Positions 1 through 11,036 of a DNA stretch of 64,000 nt are shown in pieces (position 1 is the stretch's first letter; each line of letters starts with the position of its first letter). The position numbers and the translations under genes are program-made. The DNA lies in contig NIVC01000089.1 of NCBI GenBank assembly GCA_002269645.1, forward strand, positions 496,001 to 560,000, given 5' to 3'. This stretch comes from Macrostomum lignano (taxonomy: Eukaryota). The notes under the pieces are model-generated. The model did no database searches and was not told the origin of the DNA. It was given only the letters and a program-made list of their open reading frames with translations.

Positions 1-1164
1 AATGAGAAATGAGGGTCATTGGCATTGGGTGCCATTGGCATTGGGTGCAATACTAATAGAGGGTTTAGATTCCTTCGCTTCTAGACTATAGGCTTAATAG
101 GTAGCAAGTCAATTTGCCAAAAGTTGATTTGCCAAAAGTAGGTTGTTTTGCTAAAGGTTGTTTTGCTAAAGGTTGTTTTGCTAAAGGTTGTTTTGCCAAA
201 CAAACAAACAATGAACAAATAAATAAAATGAACAAATAAAGAAATTAAATGTTAAATGCTAGATATAAAATGATAAAATCAATTGATGACCCTATCTATG
301 AATAAATAAATAAGGTAAAATGTAGAATGTTAAATATTAATATATAAAACCACTTGTTTTATAAATAAAGTGGTAAAATACATGCACATTGTGGCTTACA
401 AAACAGTAGCCTGAAATTATAGAGTTTGCTGCATAGTAAGCCAATCTCAATTCATTATTCATAATTCATAAAATATAAAGTAATAGTTTTATATTATTGT
501 ATTGCTTGTTTATCTGAAAATGTCTTTCTCAAGAAGGAAAAGTGTCTTACAATATATGTTGGCTCAACTGTTATATAGCATGCATATGTGGCAGTTGTAA
601 TACAAAAAATTATTCTCCCCATATTTCAATATATAAAAATGAAACACTGTGTATCTGTGTGTGTGTGTGTCTATGTATATATTCGCTATGGACTCTTAAA
701 TGGTAAGTCGTAAAAAGATGGGACTTAAACTAATAGACACAAATTTTTACGGGGAATGCTTTAGGCTAATAAAAATAGGGGTCCTAACTAAAGAAATGGC
801 TAAAAATGGCCTAACACCTGTTTTTTCCTCTCAGTAATGTATTTTTGCTTGCAGAGACTAAAAGCTATGTTTATAGTCGATTTCTCTCTGGCTGAGGCTA
901 AGAAAACAAGCTACACATACATAGAGTGCTAACATTAAATAGCATTTACCACTGCTTTATTAATGCACATTTTAAGTTTGAAGTTAGCTTTTTTCCTTAA
1001 GACTATACTCATAGGCCTAACAACAATTGATATGGAATAAAGTTCTTGATAGTTTAGCTTTTATGCTTCCCAAAAAGGGCACTCTTAGAAAGATATTAGC
1101 AGTTGCTAGAAGGCTTAGACAGGCAAGAGATAATGAATCAAAAGAAGCAAGAGAGCAGTGGCAA

Positions 1165-1460
1165 GCTGCTAACAGAGCTTGCTCAAATGTCAGCTACTTG
1201 AAATTTAGAAACGACAGTGCAGAGAGAACAAAGACTAGCTGCTAACAGAGCTCAAATGTTAGCTGCTCAAAATTAACAAATGATAGCATAGAGAGAACAA
1301 AGACCAACTGTTAACAGAGCTCAAATGTCAGCTGCTCAAAATGAAGAAACAACAGCATCAGAGAGAACAAAGACTAGGCCTAGCTACTAACAGAGCTCAA
1401 ATGTCAACTGCTCAAAATGAATAAATAATAGCACAGAGAGAACAAAGACAAGCTGCTAAC
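1165..1460. repeat. Degenerate tandem repeat, ~70-75 bp unit, ~4 copies
   Basis: AGAGAGAACAAAGAC...AACAGAGCTCAAATGT recurs at ~1221, 1290, 1360 and 1435. Confidence 0.8.
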
Positions 1461-3138
1461 AGTAAAAGAACATCTTAAGCATCTTAAGCAAGGGATACAG
1501 AACTACCAGAAGAATGGCTAGTAAGGCAAAAGCAAATAGAGAAAGAACTTTGGCCACAAGGCAAAATGCACCTCCTGATCAGATAGACAGGCAGTGTCTC
1601 AAAGACCATAAGAGAGAAGAAAGAGGAGAGAATAAGGAAGAGTAGAAAGGAGAGAGGAGTGATTGAAAAGTGGAGATGGTTGAGAAGAGTGAGGAGAGGA
1701 GAAAAGTTTTAAAGGCCTCAAATCTTAATTTAATACTATATTTATTCCAATTCTATTTACCTCTATCCCCACTACTTATAAGTGTTCATTTGAGTATGAC
1801 TTTAGGTATGCAAAAACAGTTCCAGGGATTGGAATTCAGTGGGTTAAAATTCACTTAAAAATCTGTGGGTTTTAACAACTCATTTTTGATAAAAATTAAA
1901 AGAATTGTGCTAGCAGGAAATTTTCTATAGTTGATAATCAAAAAAAAATTATTGGCAATGACAAAAAAATCAAACTCACAACCTTATGCACATGACCCCA
2001 AATATCACACCATGATACCAGAAAAAAATTGTTAGCACTAGGCCTAGGCCTATAGCTAATATTTCTATTTGAATTAGTATTTGGTAGATACATCAGTTTC
2101 CAAAACAGGTTTTTGGCAAATCAACTTTCAGCTAGGCCCTAAAATGTATTTGGTGAATCAACTTTTGGCAAAAAGGTTTTTGGCAAATCATCTAGTATTT
2201 GGCTTAATAGATAATAGGCAACAACATAAAATCCTAGGGGCCTACCAAAGATGTATTGAATGGTGAATACTTTAATAAATGTAACATAAAAAGGTTGGTC
2301 TAGTCTAGGCCTACATAACATGAGCCATAGTATATGAATATATACCTTTCCTTATGACTACACTAGGCCTACTCCACATTACCTAGTCTAGAATCATAGG
2401 ATTCATAGATGTAGAGGCCTAGCTATGCCCTAAATGTATAGGCGCAACGACTATTTGTCTGTGTTTCAATTCCAATGATTAGGCCTATTAATGACATGAT
2501 ATTCGATCAAAATAAAAATTTTTATTTTCCATTTAAACTAAATTTACATACACAATTTCAGGCCTATTACATCGCATCGGCGTCATTCATCGCATCGGTC
2601 GACAATCGACATGCTCCATCAATGCAAAATCGAAATCGAATGGATGATGAATTCACGCTTGGGCGATTCTCATCGTAGTAGTAGTAGTAGTAGTAAATTT
2701 GGCTTAGGCAAGGAGCCTGTTTTGCCAGTATTATACGATGTATTTAGTATTTGTTCACAAGGTTATATATTTTTACACGATCGCTGAAAACGAGTTACGA
2801 TATTTGTATAAGTTAGGTATTTGAAAGAGCGTCTGGAATTTTTTTACGGTTTTTTTTTCAGCCGACTAACCACTAACGACAGAACGACAAGATTCTTTCG
2901 AAAGAGTTTGAAATGGAAATCGAAAATTGAAATTTTCCGTAGTTTATTCGTTTAAATCGAAATAAACTCGAATGCAAGATGTAATGAGACTATAGGACTA
3001 ATAAGAAGACAAATATTGTCGCCAATCATTTGCATTTTTATTTATATACTGCGCTAGATACAATTAAAGACAGTTAAAAATAGACAGAAAAATTTTTTTC
3101 TTAGAAAAATGGTTTTGACTCGAGAGAGGATCTTGTGG

Positions 3139-3898
3139 TAGGCGAGGCCTCCCACTACCCCCCACTGAATGTAACCTTATTTTCCACGGTGTGGAGGATT
3201 TTACTCAGTGGATTCCGAACATTGACGTCACTTTCCCTGCGCGGAAAGCGTTTCACGCAAATGTAATTTTCCTTCCCACCCCCTGGCTAATTTGTTTTAC
3301 TGCGTTTTCCATAGGGTCCACCCGGTGTTTAGTCGTCACCACCCGGTGTACCCTCCCCTCTCCCCACCGTGTGTCTCTTTGGTCCCACCCGGGGTAACCC
3401 GCTTCCGCCCGGTGGTTCCTATAAGAACCTAATTTAAGAGTCTGCGCCCCGCCTTTCCAGCCAGACTCTCGTGTCCTTTGCCCGAACTCCAAGGAATCCC
3501 GCCGACCCGACTCAGACCACTACTACGAGAGGTTCCTAAGAACCTCTCTAAAGTGGTCTAAAGATACATTAGACCCCCCTATCTTGCAGTAAGCCCAGTA
3601 TCCCGACCCGACCAGCTCCTCGTCCACGGCCAATTTAAGTCTAATTTTAAGAGAATTGTTTTGTTATACTTAATCTTGCTACTTAACTTAGTGCCGCCTA
3701 ATAATAATAATTACCCAGTTTTCGGCCAAATATTTATACCGGCCCATTTAGTTCTGTGTGTGAAACGGTGTCTTAGCTTCGTGACCTCGGAAGCACTTTA
3801 TTTGACCCTTAGAGGTCTATCGAGAAGCGCTAGAGCAAACTCGAGCTAGTTTTCCAGCTTTAGAGCTTTTCCCGCGTAAAATCGCGGTGGTGGCAGCG
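3139..3898 (+). mobile_element. Possible LTR-retrotransposon relic (LTR-like segment plus primer-binding site)
   Basis: TGGTGGCAGCG at 3888-3898 is complementary to a tRNA-Leu 3' end, a common Ty3/Gypsy PBS. A TATA-like TATAAG lies at ~3420. No terminal CA, second LTR or gag-pol is seen. Confidence 0.3.
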
Positions 3899-4147
3899 AC
3901 CTACTACTATTAGTAACACACTCGTGAAATTTTAGTTTATTTTGAAGTGCCCCTCATCGGCTACAAATCTCTGCATTCGGCCTTCTGAACGTCGGCATAC
4001 TAGACCGCTCAGCCGCGACCACAGCTACTCTCCCCCAGAGCCTGAGGAACTCAGCAGCGGAGCTCCCCGTCATCTACAAGCCGAAATCTTCGTTAAGTTT
4101 GTTTGAAACGACAAAGCGCTCCGATTCGAACGGACGAGAACGAACGA

Positions 4148-4492
4148 ATTTCAAGAAGCCCAGTCAGAGAATAGTTTTCAAACCCCCCGACCTCAATCTT
4201 ATTGTGGGTCTTTTCACAGTTACCGATTCCAGAACTAAAAATACCGTAAAAATATTCTGGCGCGCTTTCAAATACTTCATCTTTTACAATAACTCGTCAA
4301 GTCGTCTTTATAAACTTCTATTTCGAAAATTCTTCCAAATACATAGCTCTATAATATATTGGCCAAACAGGCTAATTGCCTGAGCCAAATTCTTACTACT
4401 ACTATTTCAAGAAGCCCAGTCAGAGAATAGTTTTCAAACCCACCCGACCTCAATCTTATTGTGGGTCTTTTCACAGTTACCGATTCCAGAAC
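4148..4492 (+). repeat. ~88-bp direct duplication (4148-4235 and 4404-4492)
   Basis: ATTTCAAGAAGCCCAGTCAGAGAATAG...GATTCCAGAAC occurs twice, nearly identical, 256 bp apart. Confidence 0.9.
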
Positions 4493-5105
4493 CAAAATTG
4501 GTTTAGATCTTCCAAAAAAGCAGTATAACAATTTTACTTTGTTGAATGTTTGACTGCCTTAACAGCCCTACTTTGCACAATTTTTCACTTTTTCCTTGGC
4601 TATTGACTGTCATTCAATAATTAAAAGTTTATAGCATGCATGCATGTGATGTATAGGCCTACGATCCTATCCCTTTGGCTTTAGTTTAAGAGACATGAGG
4701 TTAGGCCTATACGTTAGAAAATATATATGGTTCTAGAACCAAAACAAGCAATGTATATGAAAAGGCCCCAGATTATGAATCTGAATAGAAAGGTTCAAAA
4801 TGAATTGAAATTGGGCAAAACTGCAAAATATATTGTTTGTTCTAGTTTTGGAACTGAGTAAAATCAGATCAAATTTGTCAAGTAAAACTCTTTTTTCATT
4901 CATTTTTAGTAGCAATGCCACCTATCCATTTTTGCTAAGCAACTAACGTCTAAAGCCTATCACATTACATTATAATGGCCTATTCATGATTCTTAGACAT
5001 AATCAAGAGTTTAAGTAGGCCCCATAGCTTAGTCTATACACGTAGGCCTATAAAACCTATATATAATGTATAATAGTAGAGTAGGCCTAGGATTATATAT
5101 TTCAA

Positions 5106-5758
5106 GGGAGCACGAGAAATGCCCGCAGACAAATTGCCCGCCGAGATTTGCCCGCAGGAGATTTGCCCGTGGAGATTTGCCCGCCGAGCTTTTCCCGCGG
5201 AGATTTGCCCGCAGTGCATTTTGCCCGCAAGCGAATTGCCCGCCGAGTTTTTTCCCGCCGAGGTTTGCCCGCAATGCTTTTTTCCTGCTGCGCATTTAGC
5301 GACGCGGCAGATTTTGTCTGCATTGCCTTCCCAATGCTTAATACGTGTTAATCTCAATAAAGAGATTTACACAATCAAAACGTTTTGATAGTAACTGCAT
5401 ATTAAATGCATATTTTTTTGGGGGGGGGCAATACAGACAGAATCTAGCTGCCAAATGCGCTGCAGGAAAAAAGCATTGCGGGCAAACCTCGGCGGGAAAA
5501 AACTTGGCGGGCAACTCGCTCGCAGGCAAATTAAGGGCAACTCGCTCGTTCGCTGGTGGGCACTGCGGGCAAATCTCGGCGGGCAATTTTCGGCAGGCAA
5601 ATCTCCACGGGCAATTCGCTCACGGGCAAAATGCACTGCGGGCAAATCTCCGCGGGAAAAGCTCAGCGGGCAAATCTCCACGGGCAAATCTCCACGGGCA
5701 AATCTCCTGCGGGCAAATCTCGGCGGGCAATTAGTCTGCGGGCAATTCTCATGGACCC
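5106..5758. mobile_element. Foldback-type non-autonomous element with modular TIRs (~14-bp TTGCCCGCNGAGAT subunits)
   Basis: The left arm (~5110-5340) is the reverse complement of the right arm (~5450-5755). Termini read CACGAGAAATGCCCGCAGAC and GTCTGCGGGCAATTCTCATG, around an AT-rich central spacer. Confidence 0.8.
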
Positions 5759-6438
5759 ATATTTCAATTCTTGGACACTTCATCATCTTACCACTTCGTC
5801 ATCCACATTACTAATGTGGACACTTTATCATCTACTCCCTGGACACTTTGTCATCCACTTTTTGTATGAAAAACTTTGCTATATGTAACATGTATACTTG
5901 TTTATGCAACTACATGTATAAAGATAAAGATTAAACATTATACATGTATATATAGGCCTATCTATATATAGTTGCCTTTCTCCTTATATATTCTGGGCTT
6001 GGGACCAGACAAAGGCAAAGTTACAACCCTCAAAGATAGTTGTTAAATACCATAATTTGTAGCTACAATAGGCACAAAGATCACAAAGTTCTCAAAGCAC
6101 AAAGAGAATAGCATTAATATTTATATATTTAAATTACTGCAAAATTAATAGTACTAGGCCTAGCTAGTATTAAGCAAAAATTGCACAATTGCAAGTGTGA
6201 TTTTTTCCTAACAGAATAATTCCATGGCTGATTTTAAAAATCAAGCAAGAACTTATATACATTTAATATATGCTCATCAATGGCCTTGCACTTGATTGCC
6301 AAACCGAGGGATATGACCCAGGCAAAAGCAGCTAAGCAGGAAGCTGCAGATGGAAAGTTTGCCAGCTTGATATTTAGCCCAGTTGCACTCTGCAGACTCC
6401 TGTAGCTGCTGGTAATGCAACTTGCACTGGTGCTCTTA

Positions 6439-6733
6439 CATACATGCGCAACAGTCGGCCGAGTCGGCCGATCCGGCCGACTGATTTGGCAGCCAACCAA
6501 GGAAGTCGCAAAAATGCCCACCCGAAATACCCCCGTAGTAGTACTAAGTAGCTGACGAGGCATTTTTGCCTGATAAGACAGTCATAGTTACTCCCGCCGT
6601 TTACCCAAAGTTGCGTTAATTTTGCTTTAGGGTTTTTTTACATGTAAGTCGCATTTTTAGCCAAAAACTACGTCGCATTTTTGTTAAAACTAAGTCGCAC
6701 GGCCGACCGAATTTTGGACGTTGCACATGTATG
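6439..6733. mobile_element. 295-bp MITE, hAT-like (8-bp TSD)
   Basis: TIRs CATACATGCGCAAC (6439-6452) and GTTGCACATGTATG (6720-6733) have 1 mismatch. The TSD TGCTCTTA is at 6431-6438 and 6734-6741. Confidence 0.9.
6541..6606 (-). other. Captured 28S rRNA fragment (helices 69-71 region); not a functional rRNA gene
   Basis: The reverse complement GGGTAAACGGCGGGAGTAACTATGACTGTCTTATCAGGCAAAAATGCCTCGTCAGCTACTTAGTAC compares with the conserved 28S GGGTAAACGGCGGGAGTAACTATGACTCTCTTAAGGTAGCCAAATGCCTCGTCATCTAATTAGTGAC. The first 27 nt are identical. Confidence 0.9.
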
Positions 6734-9679
6734 TGCTCTTAGGCTCCTTGCTCACACACCAGGCAGGCATAAACTGGCACAAGCTTGGCTTCCTTGTGCA
6801 GCAACTTCATCAGCAGATATAGAATCAGCTGGGTATGCTCCGCCCGCTGCTTTAGTTGCCAGTGCCAGCCTTCGCACTTGTTGTTAGTTTGAATAAACTG
6901 GGCAAACATGCTTATCTCTTGGACACTATGCATAGAGCTGTCCAGCCAGGTGCTAGTGACATACTCAGCAAGGTCGAGTTGTTCTGGAGACTAAACACCA
7001 GCAATAACCTAGGCAAGCCCACTAGCCATGTGTTTGCCTGGCAGATAAGGCAAGGCCATCAGTAAGCGGCAGAATTCTTGCATGCCAGGGTCCTTGAGAT
7101 AAGCTCGCTGGAGGCCCATGTGCTATACACAGCAAAAAATTGCTTGGGAGTAATGGAATAGGCAGCCCTGCAATTTAGCATGAGGAAAAATGGAGCATAG
7201 TGACTGCCAGACAGCAGCTTCAAAATCAAGCATGTATGACTCAGGACCTGCCTGGCCTCAATTATATTCTTAAGTAAATTAAAGATAAAATTATAATCAT
7301 GCATAGACTCTTTGACATCAAAGCAAATGCAAGCAAGCAGAACATTCTTCAAAGTAGTGCCTTGGCAATTTGAGGTGGGGGTGGAGAAAGAAAGTAAATT
7401 GGTTTGGAAATTGCGATTAGGGTTTCCTCGAAACTAGTTAGCGTTACATTTGTACAAATAAAGCTGTAAAATCGTGCAGACGAATCACAAGGAATTTCTT
7501 CTCCTTTTACTCTGACAGCTAGGTTCTCAAGTCTGGAGAGGGTAGTCGTAATTGTAGCGGAGCAGTTGTAGAGCGGCACGGTCATTCAGATATAGAAACA
7601 CTAGAGATTGCTGACACTGTAGATTAATGTGTCATTTGCTGAGCTGGTTACTTTTCAGTAGGGTAGTTGCTGCCACCACCATAATTTATATATTACGGAA
7701 TGTAAAGGGTCGTAGAGCTTTCTTTGAGTTGAGACTTTGGTTATTTTTATGCCCCATGGGCAAATGATTCAAGATATATATATATATTAATTCTAGGTGT
7801 GAGACCTGAGCTTGCCAACACCGGGGCCATGCAATGGCTATTGAGTAAAACTAACTGAAAATATGCAGAAAATGATTAAAAACAACTAATGAAATACATT
7901 GGGCCAGAAATTAAGAAAACAAATTTCAATAAATGGTCCATACTTGGGGCCAACAAAGGGAAAGATGAGGTTATTGAACTACAGTTGGCCGCACGGGTTG
8001 GCACTCACACAAGAAAATATTGGCATGCATTTGAATAAAAATTGAAATAAATTTAATTAACTGTGGCAACCCCACTGCCACAAATTCAATTAAATTTACA
8101 ATGAGCACTAGTATCTACACATACATACTCGTACATTAAAGTGTGCATATGCAAACTGTGTATAGATTGTGTACATTGGATGCCAATTATAGCGACAAAT
8201 TGAATCTTTAAATGTGTATTTAATCCTGTATTTTATAGACTAAATTGAATGAATAACAATTTATAACAATAACAATCAAAAAACAATTTATAGCTATGCT
8301 AAATCTTGAGATGATGAAGTGTCCTCAAAATTTGGTCACTTTGTTATCTAGATTTATTAACAATTTTTTGATATGATGAAGCATCCAGAACCATCAAGAT
8401 GACAAAGTGGTTAGATGATGAAGTGTCTAGAAACCATATATTTCTATATTTATAGCCTATTTACACAAAAATTCCTATAATATAGGCTTACAAACTGATA
8501 TACATGATTCAAAATTAAGGATTAATATATATATATATATATAATAAGAAAAAATGTATATATACTTATTACTTAGGCCTATAGTTATATATTACTTAGG
8601 CCTATAGTTATATAATGATTAGACTACATAATTTAGCAGATAGTAAGAGGGACTAGTTCTGTTCTCTTTGTTTCTTTGTGTAAGTACTTTTATATGGAAT
8701 ATATAGGGTATATGCCCTATAGTACAATTTGTCCTGTATAGGCCTACCCTATAATATACCCTACAATTTTGCAATATTACAACAAATTCAAACATAGCAA
8801 CGTGACCCTTGCATGTCAAAAGTTAGGCGTGGCTGTGTGCATAGTTGGTATGCATTACTCCTAAGAAAATAGTATATGTAGGCCCTACAAACCTGGTATG
8901 CACTTCATAGAATCATGAGGACAATTTAAGATTAAGTGGAAAACAGATTAGAAAGTTCATTTTTAATATATTCTTAATAGATAATAGGTAACAACAAAAA
9001 AATCCTAGCTAAGATATGTTGAAAAAAGATTAAGACCTAGATTAGAAAGTTCATTTTAAAAATAAATTTCAAGCTTTCTATTTTTTAAAGCTTATAATAA
9101 GGCATTTTAACATTGTTTCTGCATGTTAATTTTCTGCTATAAATAGTATAAGCAAGAAAAAAATAATCAACCAAATTATTAGCCAATAGGGTCCTTTACA
9201 TACTGTTGAAAAAAGAAAAGGTCATTTGTTGTCACAACACTAGCTTAGATTTGAAAGTGGGCATGCACTCAAAAATTTTTGGTGTGCATTTGTAATTATT
9301 TAATTTTTGTTTGGGTGTGCACCTAGCATGATCTGGACTATAGGAGCCTTAAAGATGACTATTATAATAGATGGCTTGCCACCAGTACCAACTAGGAAAA
9401 AGTTGAGGCAGTAGCTTAACTATTTGATAAGAATTGCCAAAGTCAAGTTGCCACAATTGTACATACTGGGCATCTTAGATGGGTCAGTGAATAGATAGTG
9501 GTTCAAAGTAAAAGTAAACAATGGCTATTTTTGCCACTGTAGGAGACCCTTGCCTTTGTTAGAGACCTGACATCCTGTTGCATCCACTGCTTAGACTAGT
9601 TCTTAATTCTGGAATCAAATGGTAGTCAGGTCAGTGATATGCTAGAGAAAGCCCAGCTTTCTTGTTGCATTGTCAAAAA

Positions 9680-10680
9680 TCAGCCTTTAGGATAATGCAA
9701 TCGTCTATGGTTAAACCATGAGCACATTTATTTATTTTTTCACTTAAACTTCAGGATAATGATTTCAAACTCGGGATAATGGACACCTATTTTTAGAACA
9801 AAACAGCAAACACCAACAACAAAAGATTAGCGCTATGGAAAGTTAATTGTGCAGTATCAATATGGCGCAATTGTCATAGTGCCGAAGACCATTACAGATT
9901 GCAATTGTTGAAAGTGCAGTTGTTCATAATAAAGATATTCCGACCGTTCATCTGACGACCATCAGACACGCTCACTGCTTCTTGCACGATGGAACTTTGT
10001 ATGCTGATATCAGCAGGCATTGTTACTTGACCGTGGGTCGCGGCGCTTTGTCCCATGTTCAACGCACGCGACACTGCATCGCTGCATTGTTGCAGGGACT
10101 TGTCCCGTTTAACTGCCAGGTAGCGCCGGACCGTGCTCTCGGACTTTTGACCCGTGATAGCCATGATCTCGCTCATCGAATGCCCAGCCGATTCCAGGTC
10201 TCAAGAAAGTGCAAGAAGTTCAAAAAATCTTCGTTATCCTTCATGTCCTTCTGAGATGTGGAAAGTCTTGAGATCCAATTGAGTTCGCTGCTAGATACGT
10301 TGGCTAAACTTTCGACAGGCAGATTGCCCCAGTTGATCGGATATGACGTCTGGTTCTCCATGGCCAAGCGAATGTAGCTATTTACGTTTTATTCTCTCTT
10401 TCTCTCCACATCTCCTTCCTTTCCACCCTCTTAACCCCCAGCCTGTTTGCAACTTCGTTGTCTATGGCCCAAACTCCAGTAAACCACCTCAGTCTTTATG
10501 TCTCTCTCTCCTCGGTAACCCCTCTCTCCTTTCGATGCCCTTTTTGTCTATGGCCCCACTGAAATTCGACAATGCGGTTATTCGTAAGTGAGACTTTAGG
10601 ATAATAGTCCTATACTCACTCGTGCGCTGCGCGCACTCATGAGCCGGACTATTATCCTAAAGTCTCACTTACGAATAACC
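9680..10680 (-). mobile_element. Internally deleted Crypton-like (tyrosine recombinase) element
   Basis: The minus strand at 10200-9892 reads DLESAGHSMSEIMAITGQKSESTVRRY...MNNCTFNNC, matching the YR box II (IM..TGH.S...Y) and the Crypton-like NCTF tail. GGATAAT and GTCTATGG motifs occur at both ends; the central catalytic region is absent. Confidence 0.7.
10576..10680. repeat. Perfect 35-bp inverted repeat with 35-bp spacer (cruciform)
   Basis: GGTTATTCGTAAGTGAGACTTTAGGATAATAGTCC (10576-10610) and its exact reverse complement (10646-10680). The spacer holds an inner GTGCGC-TGC-GCGCAC hairpin. Confidence 0.95.
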
Positions 10681-11036
10681 AACCATTATCTGATAGAACT
10701 CATGAGCAGACATATTCTATGTGGTTCTTATTAGTAAGAAAGTGAGACCCACCTGGCTGCGACATGCTTGAGCTAGAGGTCATAGACAAAGATGTCATGA
10801 ATTGATAGTGGTCCTGGGGGTGGTCATTTCCTCAGACTCAGACAGCTTGCAGATGGTCAGTTTTCCTCATATGTAGGCTTGTGTCTTTTTAAGCTAGCTA
10901 ATATTGCTACTCGTTTCTAGCCAATGTATGATCTGCTATTGATACATAAATAAATACAATTAAAAGAAATATTCTTGCTCAATGACAATTCTACTAGAAA
11001 CTCAATACTATGAAACAATTTCAGCAATATTGAACA

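Larger units (their letters stand above)
6200..7400 (-). pseudogene. Mutator (MULE) transposase pseudogene, interrupted by a MITE
   Basis: The minus strand reads MLDFEAAVWQSLCSIFPHAKLQGCLFHYSQAIF..GLQRAYLKD..LMALPYLP..EYVTSTW..QTNNKCEGWH..LYLLMKLLHKEA, which are MULE DDE motifs. In-frame stops and a frameshift are present. Confidence 0.9.

Noticed and set aside
5029-5888. Many overlapping ORFs on both strands
   Set aside because: Artefact of the modular foldback repeat
6545-6595. Hammerhead on the + strand (CTGACGA-GGCATTTTTGCC)
   Set aside because: No GAAA after the stem and no proper helices I/III; explained as antisense 28S sequence
6541-6606. Functional rRNA gene or NUMT
   Set aside because: Only 66 nt, inside a MITE, and cytoplasmic 28S-type rather than mitochondrial
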